NCBI GenBank assembly: GCA_964016885.1
Contig: OZ024741.1
Coordinates: forward strand, 298,468,001 to 298,532,000
DNA: 64,000 bases
DNA from: Eledone cirrhosa
Taxonomy: Eukaryota
Direction of reading: 5' to 3'
The notes beneath the pieces were generated by a model. The model ran no database searches. It had not been told where the DNA came from and saw only the letters and a program-made list of their open reading frames with translations. Below, piece after piece: positions 1-16,194 of this stretch; position 1 is the first letter of the stretch; the number at the start of each line of letters is the position of its first letter. Position numbers and translations under genes: made by a program.

Positions 1-24
1 AGAAATCTGGTATTCATCTTTCAG

Positions 25-198
25 ATCCTATTCGGTGAGGAGGAAATATTTGTAACCTTTGTGATATCTGATGTGGCACCAATCGTTGGAGATGTAAAAA
101 ATCGGATCGTGGAAAAGCCCTTCTTTGAAGTTGTCAACCAATTGAAAGACTTACTGAAAAAAAAGAAGTTTATTATAACATTATATTCGATGACATCG
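25..198 (+). CDS. Internal exon of an unidentified host gene (single-pass membrane protein)
   Basis: tttcag acceptor ends at 24 and gtatgt donor starts at 199. The 174 nt are open in phase 0: ILFGEEEIFVTFVISDVAPIVGDVKNRIVEKPFFEVVNQLKDLLKKKKFIITLYSMTS. Confidence 0.7.
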
Positions 199-435
199 GT
201 ATGTGTAATTTTATATATGTAAGAAATACGTATTCCGTATACACTTATGTAAGAAATCAAAATCTTTTAGAGTATTTTTTAAGGTTAAATTTTATGGGGA
301 CAAACAACTATTACATGAATTCTACTTACGAGACACTGAAATTCACACAAACCCCTCCTCCCCCAACCAGATTAATAAACAGAAACCAAAATAGACTTGA
401 AACGAATAACTCACAAAAACAATGAATTAAAGTAA

Positions 436-618
436 TAATTGTTTCTACTATTGGCACAAGGCCAGAAATTACCCAGTACATTACTGGTACTTTATTTTAT
501 CGACCCCGTAAGGATGAAAGGCAAAGTTAACCTCGGCGGGATTTGAACTCAGAATAGCAAGGGCCGTAACTCTATGCATCAAAGCATGGCGTCCGACCCT
601 CTACCGATACTGCCAATA
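436..618 (-). mobile_element. tRNA-derived SINE
   Basis: Minus strand has A-box-like tggcagtatcggtag, B-box-like gagttcaaatccc and the core gcctttcatccttacggggtcgataaaataaagtacc shared by about 10 copies in the window. Confidence 0.85.
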
Positions 619-1439
619 AAGTAATAATGCCGATGTTTCTACATAACATATTACATTAGCCACTACCAGAAACTCACGAATAGGGTTGTATAGCTCTTAA
701 ACATATTTTCACTTGCATACATCTGAGTATGATAACGTAAAAGTATTAATTTACTCATCATATCATTTAGACTGGCGAAATAGATGAAGGCATCATTTGT
801 AGCATTATGGATTGCTTCCGTTCAGGATAATACCTCGAGTCACAAATATTGAACTGTTGCATGTAAAAAACGAACATCGACTTTTACATGAGATACACAG
901 AAAAATCCCGATTTAGGGACAAACTATTGGAGGTTGACTAATATACAGGATCGACATTTACACGGGATCGACTTTTATACGGTATCAACTTTTATACGAG
1001 CATACACAGTACACAAAATTATATAACTATGCATTAATTAATTAATTGATTTTAAATCGCATTGGTGAATAATAGCTTCATTGGTTGTATCTTTTCAACG
1101 ACCAGCCATTGATTCATTACAGATAGAAAACATTGCGGAATAAACATCGCTAGAAGCTACCCTAGCAAAACACCGTTTTTTTTTCCACTCATATTTAAGC
1201 TCTTCGCAGATGTACAGCAGACAGACAGCAGATACACCGAGAGAGAGAAAGAGAGAGAGAGTGTTGCATGTATAATATATATATATATATATATATATGG
1301 TAAATGAACGAAGAATAACGTGGTCGGTTGTACAATAGGGTTCATTTAAACTATTAACAATTGTTTCATTAGTCCGGTGTGTCTAAAAATCGCTGATTGC
1401 CAGAAGCTTCGACTCTCGATTTTAATTATAATCAATACC

Positions 1440-1590
1440 TGACCAAATCACCAGAGTGTTCAAACACGTCATGGTCCTCTTTACCTTTCACCCTTCTGAG
1501 GGTTAATAAAATAAAGTGCCAGTTAAGCAGTGGGCTTGATGTAATCGACCATCCCGTCTCACAAGTTGCTGGTTTGTGCCTAAGTTATAG
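1440..1590 (+). mobile_element. Diverged SINE of a related family
   Basis: cctttcacccttctgagggttaataaaataaagtgccagt resembles the SINE core, with a different tail. Confidence 0.55.
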
Positions 1591-1892
1591 TTTGTTGTTC
1601 ATTTGCTCTCAGCAATTTCAGCTGTAGCCGTTTCACCTTTTATTTAAAAATATAATTTATCTAGGACTACATTATCCAATGTCCCATTTCCTTCCCCAGA
1701 ACAGTTGAGTGTTATAGATAAAATAAGATCTAGTTGCTGTATCTAGCAGACCTAGACTCCCATTCGTTAGGTCATCAGGCACATTCGTTAGTTTGGTATA
1801 CATTTTCGTACCTTACTGCAGCACATGGTCTATCATACGATGTGGGGATTATGATTGTGTTCTATTTATAATTGTTTACATCAGCAGCAATA

Positions 1893-2104
1893 TAATGGTT
1901 TCTGATATAGGAACAAGGCCAACAATTTTGGGGGGAGGGAGAAGTCAATTAAATCTACCCCAGTGTATTACTGGTACTTTATTTTATCGACACCGTAAGG
2001 ATGAAAGGCGAAACTAAACTCGGCGGGATTTTAATTCAGAACGTAAAGGGCCGTCACTCTATGCCACAAAGCATGTTGTCCGACGCTCTACCGACACTGC
2101 CAAT
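1893..2104 (-). mobile_element. tRNA-derived SINE
   Basis: Same head and core as 436-618, with a longer tail variant. Confidence 0.85.
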
Positions 2105-2187
2105 CGAAATGAAATATATTTAACATTATGTTCGTTCATAATAATAAGGAAACTCATCAATACGTTGTTATTTTGTTCCCTTTTTAG

Positions 2188-2272
2188 TCAGATAAAATAG
2201 AAGTGGTGCCTACAGAAATATCATATGATGAAGTATTATACAAGATTACACCAAAAACAACGTACTCTGAAG
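2188..2272 (+). CDS. Next exon of the same host gene
   Basis: Polypyrimidine tract + ag ends at 2187; consensus donor gtgagt at 2273. Reads SDKIEVVPTEISYDEVLYKITPKTTYSE(G), phase 0 in and phase 1 out, compatible with both neighbours. Confidence 0.75.
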
Positions 2273-3257
2273 GTGAGTAGCAATACTATATTTTATATCG
2301 TCACGTCATATTCATGAGGTTTGTCTCCGGCTACGCCCTAGCCACAAGCTGTATAGTATAGCATACTAAAATTGACGGGTAGAAGTGTCAGTTACCCCTT
2401 AGCGTATAGGTAACTCACACAGTATTCAAGAGATACAGGTTATAATTCCTCGTAAGCGCCACTGGCTACTTTTTCACGTCTCTCAGACCAATTTGCCCTA
2501 TTCTCTCAGCTATTATCTATAGTGATCAACTGTTATTACATGTGTTTTCTGCGTTTGGGATTCTCACATTTCCAAATTATTAAATTATTAGACCGTAGCT
2601 ATTCGATAATCTATAACTTTATATATTTTCATACATGGTAGTGGTTACATTTTCAAAGGAACTTAGTTTCATAATCATTGTTGAGTAAAATCCGCAATCT
2701 CAATTTTCAGATTAATATATATATGTAAAAGGTAAACAGAAATAACAACACAATCGGTACAGTATATAGAAGGGATATATTAGGTTAACGCTTGATATAG
2801 CAGGAAGAAGGTCTTAATGTTTCAGATGCTACTCCTTCACCAGAAGAAAGAATGAGAAATAAGATAGATTGAGGGGACGGGCGGGCTGGAATTGGAAAAC
2901 ATGTCTTTAGATAAAAATAACAGGTCCATTCATGTTGACATCTCTTGAAAATGGAAAAAACTCGGCGTAAGGAAGCTGTTAAACCAGCAAAATGTCGTCA
3001 AAACGACGTTGGGTAAAACATTACCTCGGAGGAAAGAAATCAGCGGCTCGAAATGAGTTGACTCGAAGAATTGATTGGAAGGAAGAAATAGAATGTATGA
3101 TCACGAGCTTCGTGGACGATCGTTTGATAAGGTACCTGAAAGTCGACAGATGATTCAGGAAGCGTTCTTTAAACAGGCCCTCCACCATACCTGGCAGGGT
3201 TTGACCTCTTGTTGTTGATTTTGTCGTTTAGAAGTGGCCATACCTTCCTAAATTACA

Positions 3258-3540
3258 GTGGGTGTGTTACATTGTTGTTGTAAGTATAGCCTTACTGACA
3301 AACGATCGTCCACGAAGCTCGCGAGTCACGTATGGTCCCCCAAGGACACAGGCGCAGATTATTCCATTCAATGGAAAGTTATTACTAAGTCTAAGCCATG
3401 CGGAAATGAGAATCCGTCTTGTGGGCTGTGCATTGAAGAAAGAATCAATATCTATCGAAGATGCATAAAAGCGCTTGTCTAAATTCAAGGAATGAGCTTT
3501 TTTCGCGTTGTCCACACGTTTGGAAACACCTATTACGTAA
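3258..3540 (+). pseudogene. Naiad-type PLE GIY-YIG C-terminal remnant
   Basis: STKLASHVWSPKD..YSIQWKVITKSKPC..CGLCIEE aligns by eye with TTLAEKAWTLRD..FTLKWEKLAKTQSF..CKLCNLE of the 773-aa ORF; frameshifted at its end. Confidence 0.8.
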
Positions 3541-3743
3541 TTAAAAAGCTCCAGACTGACTGACATGAACAATCTATAATATTATGGACTGAATAGCATG
3601 AATAATCTATTATTATTCTGAGTTTCCACAATTGTCACCCTCGCACAGATCTAACGTAGGTTACCTCCACTTTGGGAAGTGACTGATTCTGCACATGCGT
3701 ATTCGTACAATTGTTTTTCTTTTTCCGTACAATCTCATTTAAA

Positions 3744-3784
3744 TCGAGCTGATGATCCGAATAAGGTGAAACAATTGTTCTCGG
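3744..3784 (+). ncRNA. Type I hammerhead ribozyme motif
   Basis: tcgag CTGATGA tcc-gaataa-ggt GAAAC aatt GTT ctcgg; palindromic stem III; lies 3' of the GIY-YIG remnant on the same strand. Confidence 0.8.
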
Positions 3785-3988
3785 AAATGGTGAACTAACT
3801 GTTGTGGAATAACTTATATATATATGACTAACAAATAGTTTTATCGCTATACATGGCTGAATACAAGAAATGTGAATCTGAGTTTTTGACTATCAATAAT
3901 GATATTCGGTTCGTTTGCAATCATGCAAACAACCTCTTAAGCCATGTCAGTAGAATGACTCCGTCATTCTTAGAATTACTACAACAGA

Positions 3989-4073
3989 GGTCCGACGAGC
4001 TTTTGATTCCAGAGTCGGGCCAGATCGATACAGATCGAACCTTGAGCTGATCAATTGCGAAACGCGCGCCACC
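3989..4073 (+). ncRNA. Degenerate hammerhead motif with long stem II
   Basis: ggt CCGACGA gc...(~60 nt, ttgatt/gatcaa pairing)...gc GAAAC gcgc GCC acc; the triplet is GCC rather than GUH. Confidence 0.45.
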
Positions 4074-4225
4074 AATCAATAAACGTAATGAAGGCTTAAA
4101 AAAATCGTCCTTGTATTATATTATTATATTACACGCTGTCTAGCTCTACACCTCGCCACTGCTGTGAACATAAACATCGAGTGCTCACCTAGGTGAACCT
4201 ATAGTAACTTCACGTTACACTTCCT

Positions 4226-4290
<65 letters not shown>

Positions 4291-4412
4291 TTGTATGTTT
4301 AAATCCTGTTTAGTTTAACAAATGTTTACCACGAATATTTAGATTTATGAATCACGCCAGGTGACACGATTTTCTCCAAACTAAACTTTTCTTTTTATTT
4401 TTTTTATTTCAG

Positions 4413-4483
4413 GAGCTATGGCTGGTCTTGGTATTGCAATGATGTTTGTTGGACTTCTGATTACTTTTATTTTGGTAATGAAG
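4413..4483 (+). CDS. Exon encoding a transmembrane helix of the same host gene
   Basis: Long T-rich tract + tttcag. The phase-1 join gives YSEGAMAGLGIAMMFVGLLITFILVMK. It either splices at gtaaaa (4484) or reads on as VKIHMYFPYS-stop. Confidence 0.75.
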
Positions 4484-4784
4484 GTAAAAATTCATATGTA
4501 TTTTCCTTATTCTTAATGAAATTTGGACCCATAAATCTTGAAAAATTTACAGTTACTTTCACTACAACCGTAAGCTTTCTGTATTTGTAATGTTGCACAT
4601 CTTTTGAAATCGAAGGATCTTTCACAGAGAGAGAGAGAGACACACACAGAGACACACACACGCAGACACACACACACATTAATATATAATTCTACAAAGT
4701 AAACTGTTTCAAATACAGTGTGATTTGGGCTTAAATTTGATATATATAGTTCAAGGAGACAACAAACATAGGTAGAAAAAGTCT

Positions 4785-4815
<31 letters not shown>

Positions 4816-5606
4816 CGGATTACATTGGATATACCATTATCATTGTACTACATATGTATTCTATTGAATATCTGTGATTCCTTTTAGCAACACACTGAAA
4901 CACGCATAAACACGTACATTCATATAGAGCTTAATCAATGATTTAAAAGTCTACAATTTCGAGCTCAAATCTTCTTTTGTTTAACAATTGTCAGTAACTG
5001 ATGTTGCTTCACGACTATATAATGTGTACATTAGTTTTATTGATGTATTCAGTTTAATTTCTCCCGCATATATATATACCAATGGGTGGAACTGGTGATT
5101 CCGGTTAGTAAACGATGCAATAAATAAAAGCACTCGACGTTATTCGAGTCATCCATCGTAGATGTAGTATCCTTTGGATGGTGCAGGAACGGAGTTAAAT
5201 ATTCACCCCCCCCCCACACACATATATATTCATATATCCATGGGTTATTGACGGTAGTGAGAATGCGTACTCAGTCCTGAAGTAGAGTTTAAATATTCAT
5301 TTATTAGGGCTATGTGGTGAGCCTGGTTATTCTGGAGTTTCACCTGCACACTCACTTGATTATTAGACAAGACAATTAGTCTCGTCTGATGATCCTATGA
5401 ACGAGTATCAATGCCACTCTCTGAACAACAGTGACAGGTATCCAAAAAGAACTGTTCAGTATTATTGACTGGCATCGAGTCCCTGGTTTTACATCAGTTT
5501 TCCTTCTCCTAGGGCTAGTGGCCTCTCTTCTCCAAGGGATAGGGGTATCTCACTCTCGGTGGGCAAACCACTCGTTTGAACACCAAACCCTGTATTCCCA
5601 TATCTC

Positions 5607-5676
<70 letters not shown>

Positions 5677-5744
5677 ATAGAGAGTTATTAACTCATATAG
5701 GTACCCTGCAATTAAAACAAGCTCAAAGTATAAATACCGACCAT

Positions 5745-5854
5745 TATATAGTAATATATATGTATAAATAAACACAGTAAATTTCGTGTCTAAAATTACG
5801 TAATTTTAGACACGAAATTTACTGTGTCTATTTATACATATATATTACTATATA
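5745..5854. repeat. Near-perfect ~110 bp palindrome
   Basis: Centred on ttacgtaa at ~5796-5803. Confidence 0.9.
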
Positions 5855-5986
5855 TATATATGCATTTCGACAATCGTCGATGCATTTCGAATTTAACTAT
5901 ATATAGTTTTTTCGTCTGTGTAAATGAGGTAATTAATCTTAATTGTATATGAAGCTGTATAAGTTGGCTCAACTTAATATAGAATA

Positions 5987-6405
<419 letters not shown>

Positions 6406-6472
6406 AGAAAAGATGAAATCGAAAATGCAACTGGGGTCTTATTTAAAAAAAAAGATATATATATTTATTTGG

Positions 6473-6515
6473 TTCCTTTACCGGTTTCGCAGTTCTTCTG
6501 CTTTTCAAAAGTAGA
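6473..6515 (-). ncRNA. Hammerhead motif, U3-A8 core (inverted copy)
   Basis: Reverse complement of the 8256-8299 motif. Confidence 0.7.
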
Positions 6516-7613
6516 GTTGAGATGGAGGGTCTGTGGTTTTTCTCACATCTGGTTGGTCTTTGAATGTTACTTGTTTTATATGGAAAAAAGTGGCTCGAAA
6601 CGCCAGGTTTTTAGAGAAGTAATTTGATTGGTTGGTGAATAAGTATAATAAATTTCGCGCCAGGTCACGTTACAAAGTTCTTCAAACAAAGGGGGGCGGG
6701 GCTCAGGTTGATTTTTCATATATGAGTGAAGTTTGGTAGGTTGATGCAGTCACGTGAATAAGCACATCAGCTTTCGCACCAGTTTGTTTGAATTTCTTTT
6801 TACTTAAAAAAAAGTGGCTCACGAAGGCTTTTTTTTTTTTATAAATGTAATTTGATTGGTTATAAATGAAATTATGACTGTCACGTGAACAAGTTCATTA
6901 AATTTCGCGCCCGTATTTGGGAATTTATTTTGTAGCCTTTTAGAGAATTTTATGACAAACAAAAGATAATGGTCATGTTAAGGTGTTAGAGTATTAACGT
7001 ATGTTAAGGTTTATTTAGTTCTGGATTTTATTTTCTAAAGTAGAAGGTGTTATGTGTGTGTGTATGTATGTGGCTGTTTGGATGGTTAGCATGTTATGTT
7101 GTTGACATAATGTATATTAAACTATATTTAATGGTGGTCTATATTTTTGAATAAACATATTTTCCTTATTTATTCGTATATGTTCTGTTGTATTGTTTAT
7201 TCAAAATATGTTTATTCAAAAATATAGACCAGCATTAAATATAGTTTAATATACATTATGTCAACACCATAACATGCTAACCATCCAAACAGACACATAC
7301 ATATACACACACATAACACCTACTTTAGAAAATAAAAACCAGAACTAAATAAACCTTAACGTACGTTAATACACCTTAACATGCCACCCCCCACACACAT
7401 AACACCCATACACACATAACACCCATACACACACATAACCCCCCCACACATAACACCCATACACACACAGACAACTCCCCCCATTTCTACTAATAGAATC
7501 ACTTTCCTACACACATACACACAGACACAATATATATATATTCTCTCAATCTTAACATACTCTCTCACACACACACAACTCCCTCCCCCATTTCTACTAA
7601 TAGAATCATATTC

Positions 7614-7683
<70 letters not shown>

Positions 7684-8255
7684 ACACAAATAAACATACA
7701 TATCTCTACTTTCTTTATTTCAATAGAAAGTCTGAATTCTGACACCCCAGGCTACCAGCCGTATTCACTGAACCAGACAATTCTCCCCATCTCATTTCTC
7801 TTAACCATTATCTTTTGTTTGTCATAAAATTCTCTAAAAGGCTACAAAATAAATTCCCAAATACGGGCGCGAAATTTAATGAACTTGTTCACGTGACAGT
7901 CATAATTTCATTTATAACCAATCAAATTACATTTATAAAAAAAAAAAGCCTTCGTGAGCCACTTTTTTTTAAGTAAAAAGAAATTCAAACAAACTGGTGC
8001 GAAAGCTGATGTGCTTATTCACGTGACTGCATCAACCAACCAAACTTCACTCATATATGAAAAAACAACCTGAGCCCCCCCCTTTGTTTGAAGAACTTTG
8101 AAACGCGAACTGGCGCGAAATTTATTATACTTATTCGCCAACCAATCAAATTACTTCTCTAAAAACTGGCGTGTCGAGCCACTTTTTTCCATATAAAACA
8201 AGTAACATTCAAAGACCAACCAGATGTGAGAAAAACCACAGACCCTCCATCCCAA

Positions 8256-8299
8256 TTCTACTTTTGAAAAGCAGAAGAACTGCGAAACCGGTAAAGGAA
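8256..8299 (+). ncRNA. Hammerhead motif, U3-A8 core
   Basis: ttcta-ctt TTGAAAA gcag-aagaa-ctgc GAAAC cg GTA aag-gaa; palindromic ACCGGT stem III. Confidence 0.7.
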
Positions 8300-8493
8300 C
8301 CAAATAAATATATATATTTAAAAAAAAATAAGACTCCAGTTGCATTTTCGATTTCATCTTTTTTTCTTTATACTTTCACTCGTGTAGGACACCTCGGTTA
8401 TTTTTCATTTTGTAAAAAAAACACCTCACTTTCTAATATATATATATATATATGTATATTAGAAAGTGAGGTTTCCTGTATATATATATATAT

Positions 8494-8688
8494 ATAGGAA
8501 AAAGTATGACTCCGACGGCAGAGCTCAAGCCGTTTCGACGGCTGTTTCTAGTTCAGAAATAGCCGTCGAAACGGCTTGAGCTCTGCCGTCGGGGTCATAC
8601 TTTTTCCTATTTCCCACTCTACTACCCTAAGTATTGAGTACTCTGGTGCGTTATGGTCCATCTGATTCCTTACCACAATCCCTTCGTT
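8494..8688 (+). mobile_element. Short 5'-truncated element with an HHR 3' half and a snap-back hairpin
   Basis: IR at 8494-8610; contains GAAAC ggcttgagctctgcc GTC ggggtc; homologs at 42919-43025 (-) and 62370-62578 (+). Confidence 0.7.
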
Positions 8689-9026
8689 ATATATATATAG
8701 ATATATACCTATTTTCGTTTCTTTTTCTAAAGGTATTATAAAGATTCCCGACGGCGGAGGGAGTGACGAGTTCTACATACAATTACTACGACATACCGTT
8801 TCGTGGTATTCTGTTTAACACAAGAGGATGATATCATTTCCATGTATATTTAATTGTTTTTTTTTCTCATAAAAGAAGATGAAAAAAAAAAAGGTTTACG
8901 TTTATTAACTTTATTTCTAAATAAATTATTATGGAAGAAAACTAATGCAAACAGCTCATCATTGAATATGGAAAACTGACATTATCAACCATGTGATAGT
9001 TGTTGCTGCTGCTGTTGTTGTTGTAG

Positions 9027-9069
<43 letters not shown>

Positions 9070-9406
9070 GAGTGTGTGTACGTGTGTGGATTTTGCGTGT
9101 AAATAAATTTCATCAATGAAAGATAACAATAAAATTAAAAGAAAGAGGCTCCTCATTAAGGAGGCTTCGACCGAGGGTTACTTTTTCCGTGAGTGACCCT
9201 TGAACGTCTCCTTCCTATTGAGGAACACCCTTTGTTTAAATGTTATTGTTATCTTACATTTTTAACATTGTTAAAATGTTTACACGCAAAACTCTCATAC
9301 CAACACATACATACACACTCTGTGTTTTCGTCCTGTGCCGTCATTATGTTTTTCTTGATGTAAATCCTTTGTGGTTAATAAAGAAACCATTATTATTATT
9401 ATTATT

Positions 9407-9690
9407 TTGCCTTTCATGCTTACGGGGTCGATGAAATAAAGCACCAGTAATGTACTAGGGTAACTGCTGGCCTTGTGTCAAAAGTAGAAACAATTATTAT
9501 TGTTATGGATTGGCAGTATCGGTAGAGGGTCGGACGACATGCTTTGACGCATAGAGTTACGACCCTTGCCATTCTGAGTTAAAATCACGCCGAGCTTAAC
9601 TTTGCCTTTCATCCTTACGGGGTCGATAAAATAAAGTACCAGTAATGTACTGGGGTAATTACTGTCCTTGTGCCAAAAGTAGAAACAATT
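9407..9690 (+). mobile_element. tRNA-derived SINE, a partial copy followed by a full copy
   Basis: Partial copy 9407-9497 and full copy 9506-9690 with an (ATT)n tail. Confidence 0.85.
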
Positions 9691-9844
9691 ATTATTATTA
9701 TTATTATTATTGTTAATCCAAAGAACTGTCGGCATAATCTTTGGATTAACAACACCACTTTCTGGATCTGGGTATATCAACGAATTAACAAGGTAAATTC
9801 TATTCCACCATTATCTTTCCCTGTTTTTTTCTGTTCAAGTTCAA

Positions 9845-9903
9845 GCTGCCTGATGAGGTCATAACGATTGAATTATGGTTGTCATCGAAATATATATTGC
9901 TGC
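9845..9903 (+). ncRNA. Degenerate hammerhead motif
   Basis: gctgc CTGATGA ggtcataacgat..atggttgtcatc GAAA tatata TT gctgc; core intact, stems I and II carry mismatches. Confidence 0.55.
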
Positions 9904-9952
9904 GAATATGAATAAACAAAGTTAATTTTAACCTGTTGACTTACACTTCTCG

Positions 9953-9992
<40 letters not shown>

Positions 9993-10103
9993 CAACGAAC
10001 AGCAGAGGACACGTATCGCTCCTCTCCGACAGATAACCTCCCCCCCTCCAGAAAACCCCGCAGTTGATGGAGGTGAATCCGAAATATGGGGCCAAGGTAA
10101 CTC

Positions 10104-11168
<1,065 letters not shown>

Positions 11169-11169
11169 T

Positions 11170-11539
11170 TATATATAATATATAATATATATATATAATA
11201 TATAATATATATATATATATATGTAATATATATATATAATATATATATATATAATATGTATATATATAATATATATATATAATATATATATATATATATA
11301 ATATATATATATATATAATATATATATATAAAATATATATATATAAAATATATATATATATAATATATATATATATTATATATATATATATTATATATAT
11401 ATATATATTATATACATATATATATATATTATATATATTATATACATATATATATAATATATATATATATATAATATATATATATATATAGTATATATAT
11501 ATATAGTATATATATATATATATATAGTATATATATATA

Positions 11540-11574
<35 letters not shown>

Positions 11575-11607
11575 CTATATATATATATACTATATATATA
11601 TATATAT

Positions 11608-11639
<32 letters not shown>

Positions 11640-11844
11640 GTATATAATATATATAATATATATATATACATGTATATAATATATATATATATATAATATA
11701 ATATATATATAATATATATATATATTATATATATATATATTTTATATATATATATTTTATATATATATATTATATATATATATATTTTATATATATATAT
11801 TATATATATATATATATAATCTCTATATATATATAGTATATAAT

Positions 11845-11875
<31 letters not shown>

Positions 11876-12291
11876 GTAGTATATATATATAATATATATA
11901 TAGTATATATATATATAATATATATAATATATATATAATATATATTTATATATAATATATATATATATAATATATATAAATATATATATATAATATATAT
12001 ACATATATAATATATATATATATATAATTGTTTCTACTTTAGGCACAAGGCCAGCAATTACCCAGTGCATTACTGGTACTTTATTTTATCGACCCCGTAA
12101 GGATGAAAGGCAAAGTCAACCTCGGCGGAATATATATATATAATATATATATATATATATAATATATATATAATATATATAGATCAATATAGTATATATA
12201 TATATAATATATATATATATATAATATATATATATATATATTATATATATATATATATAATCTCTCTCTATATATATATAAATATATATAT

Positions 12292-12337
<46 letters not shown>

Positions 12338-12376
12338 TAATATATATATATATATAAGTATATATATAGTATATAT

Positions 12377-12408
<32 letters not shown>

Positions 12409-12497
12409 ATATATATATACATATATGATAATATATATATATATATGTATATAATATTTATATATTATATATATAATATATATATATATATATAATA

Positions 12498-12529
<32 letters not shown>

Positions 12530-12550
12530 TATATAATATATATATATAAT

Positions 12551-12647
<97 letters not shown>

Positions 12648-12727
12648 AAATATATATATATATGTATATAATATATATATATGTATATAATATATATATA
12701 TATAATATATATATATATGTATATAAT

Positions 12728-12776
<49 letters not shown>

Positions 12777-13174
12777 TATATATATAATATATATATATAT
12801 ATAATATATATATATATATTATATATATATATATATATAATATATATATAATATATATATAATATATAACATATATATAATATATAACATATATATAATA
12901 TATATATAACATGTATATAATATATATATATATAATATATATATATAAGTATATATATATAATATATATTTATTTATATATATAATATATATATATAATA
13001 TATATTTATATATTTATATATATATAATATATATATATATATAATATATATATATAATATATATATAGTAATAATAATAGATTTGAAGACTAAAATCCAA
13101 AGAGGGCTCGGTAAGGATAAATATATATCAAATAAATAAGAACCTTAGGACAAATTAATCTGTTATTTTAATTA

Positions 13175-13205
<31 letters not shown>

Positions 13206-13373
13206 ATATAATATATAAATATATATATAATATATATCTATATATATAATATATCTATATATATAATATATATATAATATATATATGAATATAATATATA
13301 TTATATATATATATTATATGTATATATTATATATATATATATATATTATATATATATAATATATATATATAAT

Positions 13374-13405
<32 letters not shown>

Positions 13406-13457
13406 ATATAATATATATAATATATATTTTTATATATAATATAATATATATAATATA

Positions 13458-13505
<48 letters not shown>

Positions 13506-13510
13506 TAATA

Positions 13511-13574
<64 letters not shown>

Positions 13575-13614
13575 TATATAATATATTTATATATATATAT
13601 ATACATATATAATA

Positions 13615-13687
<73 letters not shown>

Positions 13688-13704
13688 AATATATATATAT
13701 ATAT

Positions 13705-13785
<81 letters not shown>
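11170..13785. repeat. Degenerate (TA)n/(TAA) microsatellite array with embedded fragments
   Basis: Almost pure A/T; SINE fragment at 12046-12130 and a ~100 bp repeat at 13068-13172. Confidence 0.9.
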
Positions 13786-13786
<1 letters not shown>

Positions 13787-13833
13787 TAGTGAAAAAGAAC
13801 AAAGGAACTATTATGACATTATAACAAGTTTAT

Positions 13834-13880
13834 TGCCGACAGCCGTTTCGTCCGACCCCATGGTGGGACTTATCAAGGCA
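13834..13880 (-). ncRNA. Hammerhead motif, U3-A8 core (inverted copy)
   Basis: Reverse complement of 14419-14465; duplicate at 24662-24708. Confidence 0.8.
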
Positions 13881-14418
13881 TATAACATGTGATTGCAAGA
13901 TCATTATTTGAATGCTCTCTGAATTAACCTCTAATTGATTAGTTTCTTTCAACCTAGTTTTCAATTCAGTTTTCTGAATTTTGTAAACGTGATCTCGGGG
14001 GAAGAAGGTTTTTTTCTTTCGAAAAAAATTTTTTTCTCTAGAAGAAATTTCATAGGAACTCTATATATTTTTTAGGGAAACTTTATATTTTTATTTTCTT
14101 ATTTTATCAGCCTCTTAATTTTCTTCTAGACTAATAGGTGTATTGGAGCCTGTAAGCTTTATGCACTCATTGAGGGATTTTCTGAGGTGCTTCTACGGGA
14201 CCCCAAGTCTCTTGGTTTAATATTGATGCGTGAATTATATATTTTTGTCTAATTTTTAATATATTTTTGTCTAATTTTTAAACTTCAATCCCTGACCCCG
14301 ACAACTAATATAAAAGAGCCCCCCTTAAAGCGGAGTTGCTGATGTATACAACAATTTCAAACTGCTAGCCTTGAATGATACGTTGATGTAAACAATGATC
14401 TTGCAATCACATGTTATA

Positions 14419-14465
14419 TGCCTTGATAAGTCCCACCATGGGGTCGGACGAAACGGCTGTCGGCA
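14419..14465 (+). ncRNA. Hammerhead motif, U3-A8 core
   Basis: tgcc TTGATAA gtcc-caccatggggtc-ggac GAAAC ggct GTC ggca; duplicate at 25246-25292. Confidence 0.8.
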
Positions 14466-14632
14466 ATAAACTTGTTATAATGTCATAATAGTTCCTTTGT
14501 TCTTTTTCACTAATATTTCTGCTCTGCGTATACGCATAGAGCTTAACTAGCTACCGTCACATATTTGGTAAGTCAGACGTGATCATCGCGATTCACATAC
14601 GTCCTACCATACATCTTACTTATATATATATA

Positions 14633-14724
<92 letters not shown>

Positions 14725-14801
14725 AATATATATTATATATATATATATATTATATATATATTATATATATATATTATATTATATATATATATATATTATA
14801 T

Positions 14802-14833
<32 letters not shown>

Positions 14834-14878
14834 ATATATATTATATATATATATATATAAATATATATATATATAAAT

Positions 14879-14912
<34 letters not shown>

Positions 14913-14961
14913 AATATATATATAATATATATATATAATATATATATAATATATATATATA

Positions 14962-15088
<127 letters not shown>

Positions 15089-15102
15089 TATATAATATAT
15101 AT

Positions 15103-15226
<124 letters not shown>

Positions 15227-15310
15227 ATATTTATATATATATATATATATCTATATCTATATATATACATATATAATATATATATATATAAATATATATA
15301 TATATATTAC

Positions 15311-15364
<54 letters not shown>

Positions 15365-15380
15365 AATATATATATACATA

Positions 15381-15439
<59 letters not shown>

Positions 15440-15448
15440 ATATATATA

Positions 15449-15521
<73 letters not shown>

Positions 15522-15571
15522 AATATATATTATATATATATATATATTATATATATATTATATATATATAT

Positions 15572-15608
<37 letters not shown>

Positions 15609-15647
15609 TATATATATATATATTATATATATATATATTATATATAT

Positions 15648-15686
<39 letters not shown>

Positions 15687-15689
15687 AAT

Positions 15690-15721
<32 letters not shown>

Positions 15722-15769
15722 ATATATATATAATATATATATATATAATATATATATAATATATATATA

Positions 15770-15850
<81 letters not shown>

Positions 15851-15999
15851 TATATAATATATATTATATTCATATATCTATAATATATATATATATAATA
15901 TATATTATATTCATATATATATAATATATATATATAATATATATTATATTCATATATATATTATATATATATAATATATATTATATTCATATATATATT

Positions 16000-16044
<45 letters not shown>

Positions 16045-16047
<3 letters not shown>

Positions 16048-16158
16048 TTGAAAAAAATGAAAACGAAATTTCATTTCTCACTCTTAGTATGGCACTTACT
16101 TAAATGTACGTATGCATGTATACGTACATACATATATGTATACAGACGTACAGTAGCA

Positions 16159-16194
<36 letters not shown>

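Larger units (their letters stand above)
13784..14620 (+). mobile_element. Non-coding PLE-end-like element with an inverted HHR-bearing arm
   Basis: 13784-13904 is the reverse complement of 14393-14515; flanked by (TA)n; duplicate at ~24612-25448. Confidence 0.75.

Noticed and set aside
436-618. tRNA gene
   Set aside because: The A/B boxes belong to SINE heads; no cloverleaf.
2812-2848. HHR-like motif on the minus strand (CTGGTGA..GAAAC)
   Set aside because: Core and stem III are both damaged.
5383-5500. CTGATGA followed by a long hairpin
   Set aside because: No GAAA half and no stem I; at best a dead HHR.
8732-8820. Possible final exon of the host gene
   Set aside because: Phase is ambiguous and the sequence resembles the adjacent repeat family.
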